DNA of 45,242 bases from a virus. Taxonomy: Duplodnaviria; Caudoviricetes. This document shows, one piece after another, positions 41,393 to 45,242 of this stretch (the stretch's first letter is position 1; each line of letters begins with the position of its first letter). The notes under the pieces were generated by a model. The model saw only the letters and a program-made list of their open reading frames with translations, did not search any database and was not told the DNA's origin. The position numbers and the translations under genes were made by a program. The stretch covers positions 1 through 45,242 of the IMG/VR virus record IMGVR_UViG_3300032227_000559; one strand, given 5' to 3'.

Positions 41393-41842
41393 ATGCTTCA
41401 CCTCGCACGTTCCAAGACTGACGCCTTCATCGGCGTGGCCGACACGACCACGGCGCAGACTGCGCAGCACACAATCGACACGCTGGGTTTTTCCTACGCG
41501 TCCATCGACGTTGTGTTTGAGGCTGCTGCTGCGACCACGGACGCGATCTGCCGCGCCCTCAAGGTCGAGGAGTCCGATGCCTCGGGTAGCGGATACGCTG
41601 ACATCACGGCCCTCGTGGGCGGTGGCACCGGCGGCTTCACTATCCCGTCGAGCGGCTCGCGCACCAGTGTCTCTAACGTCGTGCGGATCAACCTCGACAC
41701 GCGGGGTCGCAAGCGATACCTCCGCGTCAACGCCACGCCGGTTGCGGCAAGCGTCGTGGCGAGCGTTGCCCGACTTGGTCGCGGCGAAACGGGTGCATCT
41801 GACGCATCGACCTCGGGCGTTCAGGTGCTGGTCAACGCCTAA
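41393..41842 (+). CDS. Putative capsid-associated (decoration) protein
   Basis: Directly after MCP; IDTLGF, LKVEESD, KRYLRV pattern. Confidence 0.55.
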   Translation: MLHLARSKTDAFIGVADTTTAQTAQHTIDTLGFSYASIDVVFEAAAATTDAICRALKVEESDASGSGYADITALVGGGTGGFTIPSSGSRTSVSNVVRINLDTRGRKRYLRVNATPVAASVVASVARLGRGETGASDASTSGVQVLVNA

Positions 41843-41867
41843 TCGCTTGACGCGCTGACAATCATGT

Positions 41868-41908
41868 ACGGCTGGCGGGAAGCGATTTCCGCCAGCCGTT
41901 TCCTTTTG
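41868..41908 (+). terminator. Rho-independent terminator after the capsid genes
   Basis: acggctggcgggaa-gcga-tttccgccagccgt followed by ttcctttt. Confidence 0.75.
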
Positions 41909-41919
41909 GAGTAGCTCTA

Positions 41920-42657
41920 GTGATTGTCAAAGTCGGCGGCACGGAAGTTGACATACGCGTTGAGGCCGTTCTCTCGATGCCGCGTCTGTCGTTCACCTCC
42001 AACCACTTCGCGTGGGCGCAGGCTCTGATGCCGCTTGGCATCAGGCCGACAATGGGCACCGGAGCGTTTTGGTCACAGGTCAACACGCGGATTTTTGAGC
42101 AGTTCGTCGACAGGTGCGAATACCTGCTCACCATCGACTACGACACGTTCTTCACCAAGGCCGACGTCGAGCATCTGTTCGCGATGGCGTTGACGTTTCA
42201 GTGCGACGCGATCACGGGGCTACAGACAAAGCGTGAAGACGGTCGCCCGATGCTGACGCTCAAAGGCACGCTCGACGATCCGCCAGCCAGCGGCAGTTCC
42301 TCGGTGCCAGCCGACTGGTTTGCCGAGCCTGTGCAGGAGGTGGACTCGGCTCACTTCGGGCTGACCGTCATCTCAACGGCTGCGCTGAAGCGGTGCAAAA
42401 AACCTTGGTTCTGGAGCAAACCCGGCCCCGACGATTCGTGGAACGAGGGCCGCGTCGATGACGACATCTGGTTCTGGCGCAACTGGCGTGAGAGCGGCAA
42501 CCGCGTGTTCATCTCGCCGCGTGTCGTCCTCGGGCACGGCGAGTACGTCGTCACATGGCCGGGCAAAAACTTGCAGTCGCCAGTCTTCCAATGGACGACT
42601 GAGTTCACAACCAAGCTTGCTCGCCCCGACACTGCATGGAGTGTGCCCCAGACATGA
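41920..42657 (+). CDS. GT-A fold glycosyltransferase-like protein
   Basis: YLLTIDYD (DxD), EVDSAHFGLTVI, KPWF, DDIWFW....ESG..V......LGH; GGAG RBS, GTG start. Confidence 0.7.
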   Translation: MIVKVGGTEVDIRVEAVLSMPRLSFTSNHFAWAQALMPLGIRPTMGTGAFWSQVNTRIFEQFVDRCEYLLTIDYDTFFTKADVEHLFAMALTFQCDAITGLQTKREDGRPMLTLKGTLDDPPASGSSSVPADWFAEPVQEVDSAHFGLTVISTAALKRCKKPWFWSKPGPDDSWNEGRVDDDIWFWRNWRESGNRVFISPRVVLGHGEYVVTWPGKNLQSPVFQWTTEFTTKLARPDTAWSVPQT

Positions 42658-42851
42658 AAATCAAGTTCACTGCCAACTACTCGACCTATCGTCCCGGCGA
42701 CGTGACCGAGTGCGACAGCGATGTAGCCCAGCGGCTGATTGCCGAAGGGCGTGCGATCCCTGAGAAACAGATCGACCTGATCGAGACGGCGAGCGTTGAG
42801 CCAGTCGGCGAGTCTGCCGACCTCACGCCGCGCCGCCGGAAAGGCAACTGA
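42654..42851 (+). CDS. Small head-region protein
   Basis: ATGA-coupled; MKIKF......GDV.E.....A..LI..G.A pattern. Confidence 0.65.
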   Translation: MKIKFTANYSTYRPGDVTECDSDVAQRLIAEGRAIPEKQIDLIETASVEPVGESADLTPRRRKGN

Positions 42852-43486
42852 TGGACTACCCTCGCCCGGTATATGACGGCAAGCCGACGCGGTATCGCAG
42901 CGTGCGAACGCTGACGCAGCCAGTGGTCGAGCCTGTGTCTCTGGCAGAGGCGAAGGCCCACTGCCGCATTGATTCCGACGCCGACGACCTCTACGTCGTG
43001 TCGCTCATTACGGCGGCGCGAGAGTGGGTCGAAACCTACATGGACGAGGCGTTGATTCACCAGCAGCTAGTGATGCGGCTCGATGGTTTCCCGCCCGAGA
43101 TTGAACTACCGCGCCCACCGATGGCGACGGCTGGCACGGCCACTGCTGTCAGTGTCACGTTCACGTCTGACGTGTCTGGGGCGACAGCTACCCTGTCATC
43201 TTCCACCTATCGCGTTGATCGCGACACAAAGCCCGGCGTGATCCGCAACAATTACGGCGGGGCGTGGCCGGGGCACTTGACCGACTACAACTCGGTCACC
43301 GTGACATGGTGGGCCGGGCGTGGCGAGTCGGGGGCGAGCGTACCGCAGGGCATCCGCAACGCGATCCTGATGCTTGTCGGGCATTTCTATGAGCGACGAC
43401 TTGCTGCCGACAGCGGCTCGCTGAATGACATCCCGTATGGCGTCAAGGCACTGCTCGACGCACAACGCTGGGGATCGTACCGATGA
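42851..43486 (+). CDS. Head-tail connector (gp6/gp15-like)
   Basis: EPVSLAEAKAHCRID..DD.....LI.AARE..E, VP..I..AIL.LVGHFYE.R. Confidence 0.9.
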   Translation: MDYPRPVYDGKPTRYRSVRTLTQPVVEPVSLAEAKAHCRIDSDADDLYVVSLITAAREWVETYMDEALIHQQLVMRLDGFPPEIELPRPPMATAGTATAVSVTFTSDVSGATATLSSSTYRVDRDTKPGVIRNNYGGAWPGHLTDYNSVTVTWWAGRGESGASVPQGIRNAILMLVGHFYERRLAADSGSLNDIPYGVKALLDAQRWGSYR

Positions 43487-43800
43487 TCGACCCCGGCAAA
43501 CTTCGCGAGCGGGTAACGGTGCAGGTCGCCAGCGGCGTGACCAACTCCGTTGGCGAACTGGTGATGACATGGTCTGACTCGTCGGCAGTGTGGGCCAGCG
43601 TCGATGGCGTGTCAGCCCGCGAGCAGCTGCTTTCGGGGCAGAGTCAAGTGGCGATTAGCCACCGTGTGCGAATGCGGTATCTGCCGGGCCTTACGCAGTC
43701 TCACCGGCTTTCGTGGCAGTCTCGCACGCTGGAGATCGTCAGCCTGCTTGAGCACAACAACCGCAGCGAGCATGAAGTCATCTGCCAGGAGAATGTCTGA
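43483..43800 (+). CDS. Head closure protein (SPP1 gp16-like)
   Basis: GKLRERVT.Q, G.....W....VWA.V...S.RE, RMRY..G. Confidence 0.88.
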   Translation: MIDPGKLRERVTVQVASGVTNSVGELVMTWSDSSAVWASVDGVSAREQLLSGQSQVAISHRVRMRYLPGLTQSHRLSWQSRTLEIVSLLEHNNRSEHEVICQENV

Positions 43801-44600
43801 TGGCTACAGCAGGCATCGTCATTACGGCAGACTTCCCTGACCTGAAAGAGGTCGGCGATGCTATTCGCAACCTCGGCGACAAGCGGTTCACCGCTGTCGC
43901 CCTCAAGGATGCCCTCCAGAAGGCGATAGTTCCTGCCGAGACGCGGCTACGGGAACTGACACCCGTCGGCCCTACGGGCAACCTGCGGGCTGCCGTGATG
44001 TCTTTGGCGAAGGCGTACACACGGAATGGCAACGCGGTCGGGCTGATCGGCTACCGACGCACAGGCACCCGTGGCTCGGAGAGTGCAGCTGGCGGCAAAG
44101 TGCGTGTCTCGTCTGGAAAGGTGGGCGACAGGGCGTATCACCAGTGGCTGATTGAATACGGCACGCGAGCCCGCGTCGTCAGCAAGTTCTCAAACACGCC
44201 ATACCAGCGGAAAAGCCCCTCGGTGCCGTTCGTGCGAACGCGAATGGGACAGCAGGAGGTGGTTCGAGGCAAGGGCGTCGTCCACACCGTCAAAGGGCAG
44301 AACGCATACATCGCTTCCAGCTACAAATCGCTCGGCCCGTTCCAGATCGTCAAGCGTCGTGGCGGCGGGTTCGCGACAGATCCGCCAACGCCAGCAGCGT
44401 ATTTCAAAAAGTCGCCCAACCCAATCATCATCCCACCGACGCCAGAGGGCGGCGTGGCGGGGCAGCCGCCGATCCGCACAGCGTTTGCCCAGACGCAAGC
44501 CCAGGTGGCAGCGATTCTGCAGCAAGAACTGCGTATCTCGCTGGAGCGTGCCCTGTCCACACTCACCTACCGTGCGACCGGCACGATCTCGGGAGAATGA
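43800..44600 (+). CDS. HK97 gp10-like neck/tail-completion protein with large basic insertion
   Basis: TPVGPTGNLR, H..LIEYGT, QPPIR.AF; 266 aa. Confidence 0.7.
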   Translation: MATAGIVITADFPDLKEVGDAIRNLGDKRFTAVALKDALQKAIVPAETRLRELTPVGPTGNLRAAVMSLAKAYTRNGNAVGLIGYRRTGTRGSESAAGGKVRVSSGKVGDRAYHQWLIEYGTRARVVSKFSNTPYQRKSPSVPFVRTRMGQQEVVRGKGVVHTVKGQNAYIASSYKSLGPFQIVKRRGGGFATDPPTPAAYFKKSPNPIIIPPTPEGGVAGQPPIRTAFAQTQAQVAAILQQELRISLERALSTLTYRATGTISGE

Positions 44601-44603
44601 CAC

Positions 44604-45017
44604 ATGGCGTTCAAGTCGCCCGAGGCAGTGATCCGCAATCGGCTTGTCACGACAGCCGCCGTGACGGCACTGGTATCGACCAGAATCTACCCAGTCATCG
44701 CCCCCGCAACGGCGGCACTCCCGTTCATTACGTGGAGACGGTTGGCGGTGACTCGGCAGCAGTCACTGGCCGGGCCTGTGGGCGTGCCGACAGTAAACTT
44801 GTCGGTCGATATTTTCGCTGAGACATACGAATCGGCCCGCGATATTGCTGACAAGTGCCGCGTGTCTCTGGATGGGTGGGGCGGCACTTTTGACAATACA
44901 ACGGTGAGCAACGTGTCGCTCGACAACGAGAGCGATGGGTTCGCACAACTGGCTGGCGGCGACCTCCCGCCGGTCTACACCGTTCAGCAGCTCTACGGCA
45001 TCCTCTGGCAGGAGTAA
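44604..45017 (+). CDS. Tail terminator (DUF3168-like)
   Basis: L.....V.ALV..RIYP..AP....PFI.W, VDIFA.TY..A..IA. Confidence 0.82.
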   Translation: MAFKSPEAVIRNRLVTTAAVTALVSTRIYPVIAPATAALPFITWRRLAVTRQQSLAGPVGVPTVNLSVDIFAETYESARDIADKCRVSLDGWGGTFDNTTVSNVSLDNESDGFAQLAGGDLPPVYTVQQLYGILWQE

Positions 45018-45022
45018 CCACT

Positions 45023-45242
45023 ATGGCGATTACGCCTCATGATTCGACCGGCACAGTGTTCACGTTCGCGAGCAGCGGCTACACGGTCACGAACATCGTC
45101 TACAACCTTGCCGATCCTGCGACCGACAACACCATCGACGTTTCGCACCTCGGGCAGACTGCTGGCAGCGCCGTGCTGACTCAGGATCGCCCGCTGACCG
45201 GCAACGCAACCGACACCGGGCGGCAGGTCACGATCGAGTACC
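45023..45242 (+). CDS. Putative major tail tube protein, 5' part (continues at window start)
   Basis: AGGAG RBS, ATG 45023; frame open to the end and continuous with 54..284. Confidence 0.7.
   Translation, partial: MAITPHDSTGTVFTFASSGYTVTNIVYNLADPATDNTIDVSHLGQTAGSAVLTQDRPLTGNATDTGRQVTIEY
45120..45242. repeat. Terminal direct repeat, copy 2
   Basis: Identical to 1-123. Confidence 0.95.

Noticed and set aside
45120-45242. 123-bp end repeat as a biological terminal repeat
   Set aside because: It falls mid-gene, and the HNH/P27-terS/terL set points to cos packaging near 34.8 kb; best explained as assembler overlap

Overview
The window is a complete, circularly closed genome (45,119 bp unique; bases 45120-45242 repeat 1-123) of a GC-rich temperate tailed phage with an HK97-type head and a long non-contractile tail. 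Gene order: tail module (tube, chaperone with a -1 frameshift, tape measure, fibres, Cys-rich genes); phosphoesterase/DUF1599 accessory genes; a leftward array of short mosaic genes; a tyrosine integrase with a tRNA-Ser-like attP; a small-HTH control region with no CI-type repressor; early recombination/replication genes (AAA_24 ATPase, SSB-like, initiator with iterons, LexA DNA-binding domain, beta clamp, PhoH, RusA); glycosyltransferases; a membrane/papain-protease cluster where lysis genes would be expected; a second adaptor/fibre module; then HNH, terminases, portal, protease, capsid and neck. A Planctomycetota host is suspected by inference only. The most unusual observations are: (i) a cassette-like array of short genes that share DNA blocks, including an identical 20-bp stop/RBS/start junction; (ii) a CsrB/RsmZ-like cluster of GGA-loop hairpins, plus GGA-loop leaders elsewhere; (iii) a portal protein fused to an intact HAD phosphatase domain; (iv) two non-canonical promoter-like motif families and an unannotated Ogr-like zinc finger; (v) three glycosyltransferases, one among the head genes; (vi) no recognisable peptidoglycan hydrolase. 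All product calls rest on motif recognition and synteny by eye; no database searches were run.
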